From the NCBI GenBank assembly GCA_951406725.2, contig OX597831.1, forward strand, positions 69,688,001 to 69,752,000: a stretch of DNA of 64,000 nt, written 5' to 3'. A program made the position numbers and the translations under genes. The notes below the pieces were generated by a model. It did no database searches and was not told where the DNA came from. It was given only the letters and a program-made list of their open reading frames with translations. This document shows positions 11,980 through 24,125 of the stretch, one piece after another. The stretch's first letter is position 1, and each line of letters starts with the position of its first letter. This stretch comes from Octopus vulgaris (Eukaryota).

Positions 11980-13307
11980 CATTAAGAATACACATCTGTG
12001 GAGTATTCAGCTACTTGTACATCAATTTCACAAGCAGGCTGTTTTGTTGATCAAATCAACTGGAATTCTTGTCATCATAACCAATGGAATGCCAAATCTG
12101 AAAACAATGTGTGGTGACAATTTGCAATTAAAATTCAAGCTTTGTCAGAGCGAAAATATTTACAACACACTGCTTGTGTACTTAAGTAATATTTGATTAT
12201 GTAAGCTTATAGTTACCTTTGACACTATTCTCTTAATTCCTGATTTAAGATAGATGTTATTCCACTATATTTGGCTGCTTGTAAATTTTGCATTAGATAT
12301 CTTTGCAGGATATTTTGGTAAATATAAAAACAAAAAGAAATGTTCTTAGGTAAAAATGTAGAAATTTATGAGTCACATGAATATGCTTTTATCAATAACA
12401 AAACAGTTATAGAGTATTTGGAGAGTTTGCAGTTGAGATTTACTATTCTGGAGGTTACCGACACCTCTTCCAAAATGATGATAAATTAAAGATATATGAG
12501 ATGTTGGTTCAGATGCAGGACTGTAGCAGAATAAAAGCAAGTCGAGTATAAAGCCTGACAAATGTTGGCAATATAGCTGAAGGGACATGCCCACTGACTA
12601 GCATTTCTGTTTACTTTTATTGGTTTTAGCCACTGGACTGCTGCCATTTGGTATAGAATTTAGAGCAATTCATGAATATTTGGGTCAATCAGCTTAACTG
12701 TACTCAGCATCATTGTGATGTGGGTGTCAAGGATTTTAACACAAGAAGTACTGGATCTTTTAACTATTGGGCAAACTTTTAAAAGCTACATAAAATATCA
12801 AGTGATGGGATGTATCATAGGAAGCAAGTCTAAAATTCAGGAAATATTTTGCAATCTCAAAATGCTTTTATTTATTTTATGTAATAGTGGAGCATTGAAA
12901 CACATTAAAAATGACTCCTAACAACTTCTTGTGTTAAAACTCAATATTAGTAAAACCGTTTTTAATTTGAGAGCAAAGGAAATCTGAAAATAAGGAGTCC
13001 GAAATTGATGTAAAATAGGCTGAACAAGATATAGTGTTAATAATAAGAAACAAATCTGCTTCTTTGAAATTATCTAGAATCATAGCTGTTTGTGTTCCTT
13101 TTGTTTTTACTGATTCATGGGAGTAACTGTGACCATGCTGGAGCAATAACATCAAAGGTTTTGGCTTAATATGCCTGGAGCGTTTAATTCAAATTTACAC
13201 CAGTTTTATTGATCAGTATAGATAGAGCTTTCAAGCTGCAATTTTGACATTTAGGGATGTAAATTTTGACATTTAGGGTTTAACATTTGTTTACACTGGG
13301 CAGTATA

Positions 13308-13616
13308 TCTTTATATATAAAACTGAAGTTGTGTATGTGAGAGTCTGTCTACTCCGATTTAGATTCCTAACTACTCCCACATTTTGTGGTGCAGTTTAAC
13401 CAAAACCGGGTATCTTATAGTCGTGATTCATATCGAGCCCTTCTGGGTATTAGCGTGTGTCTACGATGAGTCTACGATTTAAAAAAAAAATACCATCATT
13501 TTTTCGTTTTTTTAATGTATTTTTTACTCGGTTTTATATAAGGGAAGTAACTCTCTAAAAATGCTTATATAGTTATTTCCCTTACAAACCCGTGCAACGC
13601 CGGGCGATACTGCTAG
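13308..13616 (+). mobile_element. Non-autonomous Helitron
   Basis: 5' A|TCtttatatataaa; 3' GC hairpin cccgtgcaacgccggg followed by CTAG|T; no TSD. Confidence 0.85.
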
Positions 13617-14008
13617 TACTAGTATAAACATACATTCATACACATGTACTCACTCACATACACACACGCACACAGTTGAAATTCATACAGTTCTTGCATG
13701 AGACAAGTCTTTGTGAATTCAAAATTACCTGGTTGATTGTAGACAAGGCACCATTATATTAGAATGGTAGCTTCAAATAAAAATGGAGCATGAAATTTAT
13801 TTGAATACAAAATTAAGAATTTTGGTTCAAAGCAGTAATGGTTTGCAAAACAGAAGAGAATTGTTACTGACATTTATGCACAAAAAAATGTTTCTCTTAT
13901 GTAAATAGCGACTGCCTTCAATTGAGCAGAAAAAATGTTGTTTCTAAATGTTTAATAAGTATATGTATATTTAGGCATGTTTGTGTGTGCATGTGCTTCT
14001 ATATATAA

Positions 14009-14184
14009 GCAGTTAAGTATATGTCTGGTCATAGAGTGACCAATCGTTTTCCATCAATAAAGCACTTACCTCTATGGACGATTCATCAGACTAATGGTCA
14101 TTAGAGTCTGATGAATTGTCCATAAAGCCGCTTTATGGATGCAAGACTAGTGGTCACTCTATGGCCAGACATATACTTAACTGC
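14009..14184. ncRNA. Fold-back element with a hammerhead-like motif in each arm
   Basis: Arms gcagttaagtatatgtctgg / ccagacatatacttaactgc; right arm tagagt-CTGATGA-...tccataaag/ctttatgga...-GTC-actcta. Confidence 0.7.
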
Positions 14185-14231
14185 ATATAAAAACATTCCT
14201 GCTCTACGCTTCAGAGTGTGATTCTTTTTCA

Positions 14232-14395
14232 AGGAGTGGCTGTGTGGTAAGTAGCTTGCTTACCAACCACATGGTTCCAGGTTCACATCCCACTTTGTGG
14301 TACCTTGAGCAATTGTCTTCTAATATAGCCTCAGGCTGATTAAAGCCTTGTGAGTGGATTTGGTAGACAGAAAATGAAAGAAGACTGTTGTATGT
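14232..14395 (+). mobile_element. SINE family A, 5' part
   Basis: ggagtggctgtgtggtaagtagcttgct head. Confidence 0.85.
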
Positions 14396-14432
14396 ATATT
14401 TACAAAGAATGATGCAAATACACCAATATATA

Positions 14433-14465
<33 letters not shown>

Positions 14466-14478
14466 GACGGGTTATAGA

Positions 14479-14550
14479 CAGGGCTGGCCTTAAACCGATT
14501 GGACCTATTGCTTCCAGTCGGGCCCTGCGCTCAAGAGGGCCACATTCTAT
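14479..14550 (+). mobile_element. hAT-like transposon end
   Basis: cagggctggccttaa terminus followed by GC-rich gggccc subterminal motifs; other end not found. Confidence 0.4.
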
Positions 14551-14886
14551 GTTGTGACATTTTATAAAGATAGTCTCCCTGAAGTCTTTTTAAAAAATCT
14601 ACAAGGTCTTTCAGAAAAAAAAAAAAGAACAAACACACTTTCTACACTTTAGTGACAGGAGATATCAAAAGATAAACTCATTCATCCAAAACTGCTTGGG
14701 TCATCCGCTGAATTTGAAGAAATTTATTGTAGTTTTAGTGTAAGGGTCAATATGTATGTTTGTTTGTGAATGTTTGGGTAAAATATCTGTGTGTCTGTGA
14801 AAGTAGGTGAATTGTATATATGTGTGTGTTCGTTTCAATAAGTATGTTAAATTTTGGGGAAACTTTTTATCAATAAAGTGTATTTC

Positions 14887-14941
<55 letters not shown>

Positions 14942-15126
14942 TATATATCTATCTCTTCTATCTTTTCTCTCGTCACAGAAAATATTTCTCCACCATTCAC
15001 TATTTTACCCTTGTTCTGGTCTAATGACCCTCCATGTTTGTTTTCATTTGGTTTACTTGTGTGTCTCCACAAACTTAGACCTGGCAAAGCCCATCCAACT
15101 CTAGATCGCATCATATAAACTTACTT

Positions 15127-15177
<51 letters not shown>

Positions 15178-15944
15178 GAAGAGAGAAAAAGAGAGAGAGA
15201 GCATGAAAAAGAACATATAACTCCAGGATAAAAACTGACACTCATTTTACTGATACCAAAAATAAAGATGACAGACAAAATTTTCACTCTGTTTTATTTC
15301 TGGAAGAAATTGGTTGTATTCAGACCTGCCAAGGAATGGGTTCTGCTAGATTTATAATGTTTATAGATTTAACATGTTGAATGTTACTATAGTGACCCAA
15401 CACCTCCATCAGAAATTGTAAGCTCAAGAAAGGAAGGAAATTGGAAAAAGTCATAAATTTTAGTGATAACGGAGTTATTGATGATGGTGTAGCCATGACT
15501 AATAATTAAAATGTAATCACTGATTCTTCAAAACTTATCTATTATAATTGATTGTGTTGCTTATACAATTGTTCTAATTAGAAAATTAAATCTATTAATG
15601 AAAAGGTTTTCCTTAAAGTGTAAATGTCATAGAGCTTTTGAAAATATGGAAATCACTTCTGAATTTTACTATGACATTAAACTCCATTAAATTTCTATAG
15701 GTATGTGTATATCAACTGACATTTAATTATTTCTTTGCATATAAAGTCACGTCAGACAGAGGAAATGTGACTAAAATAGAGGAAACGTTAACAATGCTCT
15801 CCTACTATTTAGTGGAAGTATTTTTGTTAGCATGAGTTCTAAACTATCAATAGGCTGCTGCAAACTGGACAATTCTTGGTCTCATATTCACATTGGTGAC
15901 TTGCCCATCTCTACTCTTGTTGAATACATTTTTTTTTATTATTC

Positions 15945-16303
15945 TCTTTTACTCTTTTACTCTTTTACTTGTTTCAGTCATTTGACTGTGGCCATGCTGG
16001 AGCACCACTTTTTTAGTCTAGCAAATCGACCCTGGGACTTATTCTTTGTAAGCCTACTACTTATTCTATCAGTCCCTTTTTGCCGAACTGCTAAGTTACG
16101 GGGACATAAACACACCAGCATCGGTTGTCAAGCGATGTTGGGGGGACAAACACAGACACACAAACACATACACATACACATATATGACGGGCTTCTTTCA
16201 GTTTCCATCAACCAAATCCACTCACAAGGCTTTCAGTGGGACTGAACCCGGAACCACGTTGTTCGTAAGCAAGCTACTTACCACACAGCCACTCCTACAC
16301 CTA
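15945..16303 (-). mobile_element. SINE family A
   Basis: Reverse complement of family A with an internal deletion. Confidence 0.9.
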
Positions 16304-16366
16304 TATATTACTATATATTTTTTAATATTTATTCTTTGTATTATGAATAAATTAACTATTTTCTAT

Positions 16367-16550
16367 GGTGGCAAGGTAGCAGAATCGTTTGCATGCTGAT
16401 TAAATGCTTTGCCTAATTTCTTCTGGCGCTTTACAGTCAGAGTTCAAATACTGCTTAGGTGTTGACTTTACCTTACATCTGTTTGGGGTCAATTAAATAA
16501 ATACCAGTCAAGCACTGGGGTTGATGTAATCGACTAGCCTCACCACCCTC
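16367..16550 (+). mobile_element. SINE family B (diverged)
   Basis: ggtggcaaggtagcagaatcgtt...gagttcaaatac...gttgactttacctt. Confidence 0.7.
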
Positions 16551-17726
16551 AATAGAAATAAATAACATGGCAGATTTGGGGGCTGAGAAAATTTTTGTTG
16601 TGAATTGACAAACATCTCTAGATGTTTCTTTATTCTCATGGGTCTTTCTTTTTCTCTCTCTCCTCTCCTCTCTCTCTCCCTCTCCTCTCTCTCTCTCCCT
16701 CTCCTCTCTCTCTCTCTCTCTCTCCCTCTCTCTCTCTTTCCCTCTCAAGTAGGAAGAAAATTATGCTGCCAAAGTTAGTTGATATGGAATTGGTGGATCG
16801 CTAATGATTTCCTTGACTTGGAGTAAGTACCAAAGGTTTCTAGAATTAGAATGCTATGTGCAGCAGGAAAACATTGGCTTACAGACAAGGATAAAAATGT
16901 GAAATAGGTCAGATGTGCTCAAAATGTCAATATTTTGACCAGGAATAGGATTAGGGAACAATCAAATTTGCAAACTATTTTCACCTGAACTTTGGTTCTT
17001 TGGGCTGCATATTTTTTAGGTTACCAAAAGTGTAAGCAGAAAAAAGAAAAGATAAAAGGAGGAAAAATATGGACAAAAAATGCAAAGAGAAAAAGAGGGA
17101 CTGAAGCTAGAACATAATAAAAAAACAGAGGAAAAGAGTATTTGTGTACAATTGTTTAAGCCAGATCAAAAGTGTTTGAGAAGATCTGTGTTTTAAATTA
17201 TCCTTTCTTTTGATTTTTGAGTATTTAAGACCACCCCCAACTAATATCTTTATTTAAAGCAAGTCTTACATGATTTGAGGAAGATTTAGTTGCTTGCTCT
17301 GCTAGAAATTGCAATTTCAAATCTATATTACTATACAACTCAATAATTAATATATAAGTAAAATAACTGCTTTTAAATCCCTGCCTTAAGCATTAATTGA
17401 AATATGTATAATGTAATGTGTATATTATGGTATGTGTTTAAAATAAGATAGAAAATGGCAAAAATGTTGGAGAAATTCATAGTGCTACGTCTCACAGGTG
17501 CTGAAGATGATGTAGCATCAAGAAAATTTTCTCTATGCTGGCTTACAAAATCCATGTAAACTCTGCAAGTATGAGAGAAAAAAAATAATGTTAAAGAGTA
17601 ATTATGAGATAATAATAATTGATAAGATGCATCATATCCTTGTATCAGGAAAAAATCTTTGTCAAAATAAATGAACTAAAACCACTAAATATATTCCTTC
17701 GTGGAAGTTTTTATTTCTTAGTTTAA

Positions 17727-19225
17727 CCCCTTAATGGAACAATTATTTTGACATGGCGTTTCATTTCAGAGCATATGTTTTAATTTCCTTTTTTAGTTAT
17801 ATACACTGTGTTAATTACAAAAAAATTTTTTATCTTGTTTCCTTTATTTTTTATTATAGAAATTAAAATGTACTTTTACTCATTTGGATTTAAACGAGTT
17901 AACTTCCATTTTTTTATAAGATGTATTGCTTTTAAATCAAAGGAATTTTTTTATTTAGAATGATAATTTTTAGAAAAAGAAGTTACACACAAAGTTATCT
18001 TGCAGACATCAATCTTTGAATCTTCTTTCTCTGTGCGTCTCTCTTCTCTGCGCATTTTGCACACTGTCTTGTAGGGTTCTTATCACTTGGTGGTATTTCT
18101 ATGGGAAAGTGACCACCTGGGGCAAATCTTGTTGGATGTGGGATCGATGATGGGCTTCATGGTTTCATGGGAGGCAATAAGGGCCTATATTTTTCAATAA
18201 TCTTGGTGATTATTTGCATTCTAAATTTCATCGGTTTCATAGCAGAAGCTGAAGTTTCCAAAGATGCTTTATACAAAACATAAGTGTTCTAGATAGCCAA
18301 ATCCATCAAATGAAAAAAATACTTTTTTATAATATTTTTTCCCACGTTTCCTTGTGGTGGGATAATTGACGAGATGCTGATCAAATATATCTACTCCTCC
18401 CATCATAGAATTTTTGGTCAATTGTTCACCCCTCTTCTTGTTTGAACTTCTTCTTGGGTTGGATTATGAGCAGTCGAAAGAAACGTGACCTCTTTCTTAT
18501 CCTTCCATCATAGCCTTTCCTCGGCGATAAGCACTAACTTGACCAGTCTTCAACTTACTTGTCTTTTTTCCTTCGGGAACCTCTTTTCTATTTAGTCTCA
18601 AAGTTCCATAAACATCTGTTTTATTTGCAATCAACAGATCAGCCAATTGGGGGCTGCTATAATAGTTGTCAATGGTCAAGCAATGACCTTTATTTAGTAA
18701 TGGCTTCATGAAGGTCATGACAACTTGTGAAGAAATAGGGAGGTCTCGAAATTCAGGATCAAAACAAGTACCTTTGCTGACATAAATTATAAAAGACCAT
18801 ACATAGCCAATTGCAGATTCACAGAGCATGAAATATCTTATTTCAAATCATGAATGTTTGATTGCATTAAAAACTGAACCCAGGCATTTCTTCCTTTATA
18901 AAGCATGAGAGATTCGTCGATTGTTACATTTTTCCAAGGTTGTAAAAATTTTTAAACTTCTCTTCTAGGGCTTGGTAAATTTCGTAGATCTTGCAAAGTT
19001 TTGGGTTTGGATGAGTTTCTCGATCATATGAATCATTGTTCGTAAAATGCATGTATTCTCGAATCTTCTTGTAACATGGGTATGACATTGTATTTGCAAA
19101 TATTGGAGTTTCAAGCAAAGGATCTTTGCCCCAATACATTTCCTTCTCTGGTTTCTTGACAATACCCATCAACATTTTCACACCAAGAAACATCGTCGTT
19201 TCAGGTGGAATAACAGGCTCCCAAT
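17727..19225 (-). mobile_element. piggyBac (PGBD4-like) transposase pseudogene with right end
   Basis: Frames give MGIVKKP..YW..DPLLETPIF..HFTNN, TIDESLMLYKGR, LCESAIGYVWSFIIY, IDNYYSSPQLADLL..GTLRLNRK; terminus TTAA|CCCC at 17723-17730; 5' part lost at the R4/Dong junction. Confidence 0.92.
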
Positions 19226-19259
19226 TTGATGCTTCCCAATGATACTTTCCAAAGATACT

Positions 19260-20062
19260 TCCCAACGATACTTTCAGCAAATAGTAGTAGTGAGACATGG
19301 TTATGGCTGCAGAAGGGAAAGCTGAAGCGGGAGAACAAAAGCTTGTTAGTAGCAGCACAAGATCAAGCATTAAGGATTAATTGGATAAACGCCAAAATAG
19401 GCAAAAACCAAGTAGATTCCCAAACCAAATTAAATGAAGAAAGCGTTACTAAGTGAATGTAGCATGCTGGCACAAAGTATACAAGAAAAGACATGACAAT
19501 ATAGGGAGAGCAATCCACTGGGAACTTTGTAGAAAGCTAGGATTTGAAATACTGATAAATGGTATGGACATGGACTTTAGTAAAGTACTAGAAAGCAAGA
19601 AGTACACGATGTTGTGGGACTTTAACATTCAGACTGACAGAGTAACAGAAGCTAGAAGGCCTGATTTAGTAGTAGAAGATAAAAACAATAGAAAGTCCCA
19701 AATGATGAAAAATGAATATGAGAAGTACAAAAAAATAGCAAAGTACCAGGACCTAGCTATTGAATTACAAATACTATGGAAAGTGCAGGTAAAATGTACC
19801 CCAGTAGTTATAGGTACATTGTGTACAATCCCTAAAGATTTGAACAGATGGATAGAAGAAAAAGGCATAAAACCCAGTTTAGTACAGCTGCAGAGAACAG
19901 TGTTATTAGGGACAGCTAGGATACTTTGGAGGGTTCTTGGCATCTAAAGTTACTTGCTGTAATCCGATAGGAGGGTTCTTTGCATCTAAGGCAACTTGTA
20001 GCCCAATGTTAGGATTCTTTTCTTTTCCAACAGTGTAATCTGTTGAGGGTATATGCATAATA
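19260..20062 (+). mobile_element. R4/Dong-clade non-LTR retrotransposon 3' fragment (restriction-like endonuclease)
   Basis: WLQKGKLKRE..AAQDQALR, YKKRHDNIGRAIHWELC, LWDFNIQTDRVTEARRPDLVV, KIAKYQDLAIEL, PVVIGTL; ends in a taataa tail. Confidence 0.9.
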
Positions 20063-20064
20063 AA

Positions 20065-20597
20065 TACCCTAATGCAGTATCAGGCTGTGGCTCACATGGC
20101 TTTTGATCTTAACTGATTAGAAGTGTTATCATGTACCTGTTTTGTCTTGGTATAATAGATGGGCTACAGCAAATGTTTTGCTCAATACCACAGTTTTGCT
20201 TGTTTGGCCTTAACCAGTGGCTTGACCTTAACCAGTTGGGCATGTCTCTTAATGGCTGACAATATGTACATCTCTGATCAAGAGCAGAACTAGTGGGGAA
20301 GCACCATAGCTATGTGTCAAGAGGAATTTCGGGACTTTGAATAGTTCATCTCTCAAAACATGGGTGTTTTGATCATCATCCTTAAACAAACCTTACTCAG
20401 GGACCTTTTGAGTTGGATAGGCTACTCAATCTAAAGAAAATTCTAACAGGACCCCACCTGCAAGGTCATGTGTTCTTTGTCTTGATATGAGATCACCATG
20501 TCATGCACATATGGTTGTAATGCATGTACCTGGTATGATGGGCTTTGAATATCTGTACCCCAGTATCACTTTGATGGCATGTGCTGCTCTCTCCCTC
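20065..20597 (+). mobile_element. ~550 bp non-coding element inserted in (AAT)n
   Basis: Homologous to the reverse complement of 40813-41367; flanked by taataa and (AAT)n. Confidence 0.85.
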
Positions 20598-20604
20598 AAT
20601 AATG

Positions 20605-20647
<43 letters not shown>

Positions 20648-22724
20648 TAATAATAGTAATTATGATTTTAATATAAATTTAATAATAGACAAGCTAAAAT
20701 TCCTATTTGTGATCAATATTTTATTGAATTTTGATTCTAATTGTAATTTTAGCTTCCGATAATGCTTATTAACACCCTCCCTCTTATCAATTTCCTTTTA
20801 TGACAACATGTCAATCATCTATAATAATAATAAACTAGCATTAAATCATTTGTTAAGATTCTCAATATTTTTCTCTGGTCACTATCGTTCTTATTATGGA
20901 TTTAATTATGCTTCTATTAATATCTAGGCTGTTTTACGGGGACATTAAATTGATCCCTGGAAGGGATAAAAGGTAAAGTTGATCTCAACAGGATCTGAGC
21001 TTCAGATGTAAAAACCATAGCTGTAGGCATTTTATTTGATGCTCTATCAATTCAGCCAATCTAGCAATTTAATTTTGTTTTAATAGCATTTGTTGATATT
21101 TAAGAAAATGATTAAATATTTATTATGAAAAAAAAACAACATAATATTGTAATTTTGTGATCTGATTCCAGAAGGCATTTTGAAAAACATTCTTGGAGCT
21201 GCTAAATTGAAAGAAAATAAAACACTCACCAATAACAATTCTCACCATTTTCTCCAAGATGTTTTAACAAAATATAAGTTTATAAAAATGTTTATTGATT
21301 TCTCTAGTTACATTTTTTACTTTGAAGAAGTGAAATATGAATAAGTTAAATATTTGCTGTTTATTTTTCAGTAACCGTAAACTGAATGCTGAATCCCACG
21401 ATGACATCTCTTAGACAATGTTATGTAAGCCAATGAGATTTTGCTTGATAAGTTATATTGCCACAGTTACTTGAGTAATCTTATATGATGATGCTAATAT
21501 TAATTTGACAGCAATATTTATCAAACAAAAAAATGTTTAATAATAAAATATATCAGAAAATTTCAAAAATAAAAGCAGCATTTCTAAAAACTGTGGACAT
21601 TTTTCAGTATGACTGCATCCTCAGTTACAAAAGTAGGTTTTCAAAATAATATGCAAGAAAAATTTAATTTTTTATATTTTATTATCTGAATAAGAAGTAA
21701 GCTGAAATATGAAGAAAGTTTATATATCACATGATGTGTTGCTCAAGTATAAAGTGAAGAGGAAATATTGAAGTGAATTTTTTATCTGCTTATGACAAGT
21801 TATATTGCAGAAATCTTAAAAATTGTATTTATATTTGACATTTCACATTTAAAATACCTGCTTTATATTCTAGCATTTCTTTAAATTCCATATAAAACCT
21901 GACAGTCTTAAATAACTTGTAATCATTGAAAGTTATGCTATTGAAATGTATCACTGAAGTAAACATACACAAATAGTTGTTTGATGCCAGTATTATAGAT
22001 TTCATAAAACGTAGTAAATTTGGCTGGTATTTCGGTCAGTTTTTAAAGTTGAACAAAAAGTGAAGATAATATATTAGAGACATAGAGATGAAATATTAAA
22101 CTTAAAATTTTATATGTGGAAAGGGTAAAGATGAAATATTTTCTGGTCATTGAAAATCTTCAAAATATTTCTAGTCAGCTTATGTACAATAACTAAAATC
22201 AGGTACATTATCTAAAATCGATTTGAGTAACAAATAATATCGAGTCAAGAAAGAAAAAAAAAAAGAAAACAGAATAGAAATAATTTAAATACTGAACAAA
22301 GAGGAAGGAGAAAAAGTGATGATAAAATACAAGAAATATTGAAAAATAACTGAATATACTGTGAAATAGGAAACATTATGCAAAGTGGTAATTGAAGATG
22401 TTAGATTTGAAGATTTTAGACGATAGAAAACCCACGTAAACAACAGCAAAATAAATCCACATTCTCTAATTTCCTTACGACTTATATAAAGAAAATTTGG
22501 TAATTCACTGAAGATTAAACTTGTAGTTTAACCCAGGAGTTAGAGCAAATAATTAAAACTTGGCAGGATTAGAGTTGATCAGTACCTCTTAGTAAATCAA
22601 ATTTCTATTGTAAACCTAATGAATCACCATCCTTTAATATGTATTTTACTATTTTCTATATATTCAACCACGTGCTTTCACAAACCAACTTTCTTATCTA
22701 TATATATATATATATATATATATC

Positions 22725-22920
22725 ATGTTGGATCGCTAGCCCCTACACGCAAGATTTTTCTCTCCTTGTTTCTTTTCTGTGTAACATTCTGTCGAAGAGC
22801 GTAGGCTCGAAACGTAAAAGACTTGTTTTATTTCTATTCCTGAGCGCCATACTAATACATTATTTGTTTGTACTCCACCTGCCTTCGTCTTTTGTTTATT
22901 TTCGTAAACCTTCCCGTGAT
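22725..22920 (+). mobile_element. PLE-type 3' tail between (TA)n tracts with HHR-like motif
   Basis: tt-CTGTCGA-a-gagc-gtag-gctc-GAAAC-GTA-aa at 22787-22818; homologous to 43615-43820 (minus) and 62150-62325. Confidence 0.7.
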
Positions 22921-23136
22921 ATATATATATATATAACAATTGTTTTTGTTCCTATAGTTAATATTTATTTTTCCCCACAAGAGACTGCTGGCCCAGGATG
23001 TAAATAATGCTGAAACATTCTTTTTGTTGCTGCTGATCCATTTTCAATTTACTTGCTAATTATAGTAATCTAAAGAGGTAAAGACTAATTCTTATCTAGA
23101 AAGCCTATACTCAAGGGTGTTCCAACCATTTAAGAA

Positions 23137-23422
23137 ATAAAGCCGTTGCCAGCCTCGTCTGGCCCCTGTGCCGGTGGCACGTAAAAAGCACCATCCAGTC
23201 GTGGCCGTTTGCCAGCCTCGCCTGGCACCTGTGCAGGTGACACGTAAAAAGCACCCACTACACTCATGGAGTGGTTGGCGTTAGGAAGGGCATCCAGCTG
23301 TAGAAGCACGGCCAGATCAGACTGGGCCTGGCGCAGCCTTCTGGCTTCCCAGACCCCAGTTGAACCGTCCAACCCATGCTAGCATGGAAAACGGACGTTA
23401 AACGATGATGATGATGATGATG
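23137..23422 (+). mobile_element. Retroposon family C (RTE-type tail)
   Basis: Two tandem ggcacgtaaaaagcacc units, ggcgttaggaagggcatccagc, tail ggacgttaaac(gat)n. Confidence 0.85.
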
Positions 23423-24078
23423 ACTGTATTATCAAAAGGTCCTTTCTTCTTTAAGTTAATGAAGTACAGTTTAAGGGACATTTGACTGCAATTTTTATGA
23501 AATTATGTGACCTCATAGAGATTTATTTATTGGCTTAATTTGTATTCATCTTAATGTCTGTAAGTAGCAGTTAAAGCATAAGCAAGCTCTTGTGAGTAAT
23601 ATACAATGGCTAATGAAATACAATGTATTTCAATACACCATAGCACAATATAATAAAGTTGAATATTATCAGATAAAATAAATGATTATTTGCTAACAAG
23701 TTATGTTTCAAAAAGAGCACAAACATTGACTATAAAATAACATATGTAAGCAGCAAACACAGAATGGGTAGGTTTATGAGGTTTTATTCATTAATTAGCT
23801 TCATTGGTTATAGGTTTCCATTGGGTCAATGGGCAATTACGGAATTATTGCATTTCTGACGATAATAGTACAAGACAATATTTAATAAGTGCAGAACAAT
23901 TATTGCAAAAAAAAACTTTATCTAAAAAGCACTGTTATTTTTCTGCAAATTTTTACATCATGCACCAATGATCAGCAAAGGCATGCATGCATACACACCA
24001 CACACTCACACAGACACACACACTCACACACAGACACACACGCACTCACACATACACACACGCACACATTTGCACAGA

Positions 24079-24124
<46 letters not shown>

Positions 24125-24125
<1 letters not shown>

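Noticed and set aside
12373-12594. Protein-like open frames on both strands
   Set aside because: No recognisable motif and ambiguous splice signals; cannot support either strand.
18924-19370. 148-aa minus-strand ORF as a gene
   Set aside because: Chimeric: the N-terminus is antisense R4/Dong sequence fused to a piggyBac fragment.
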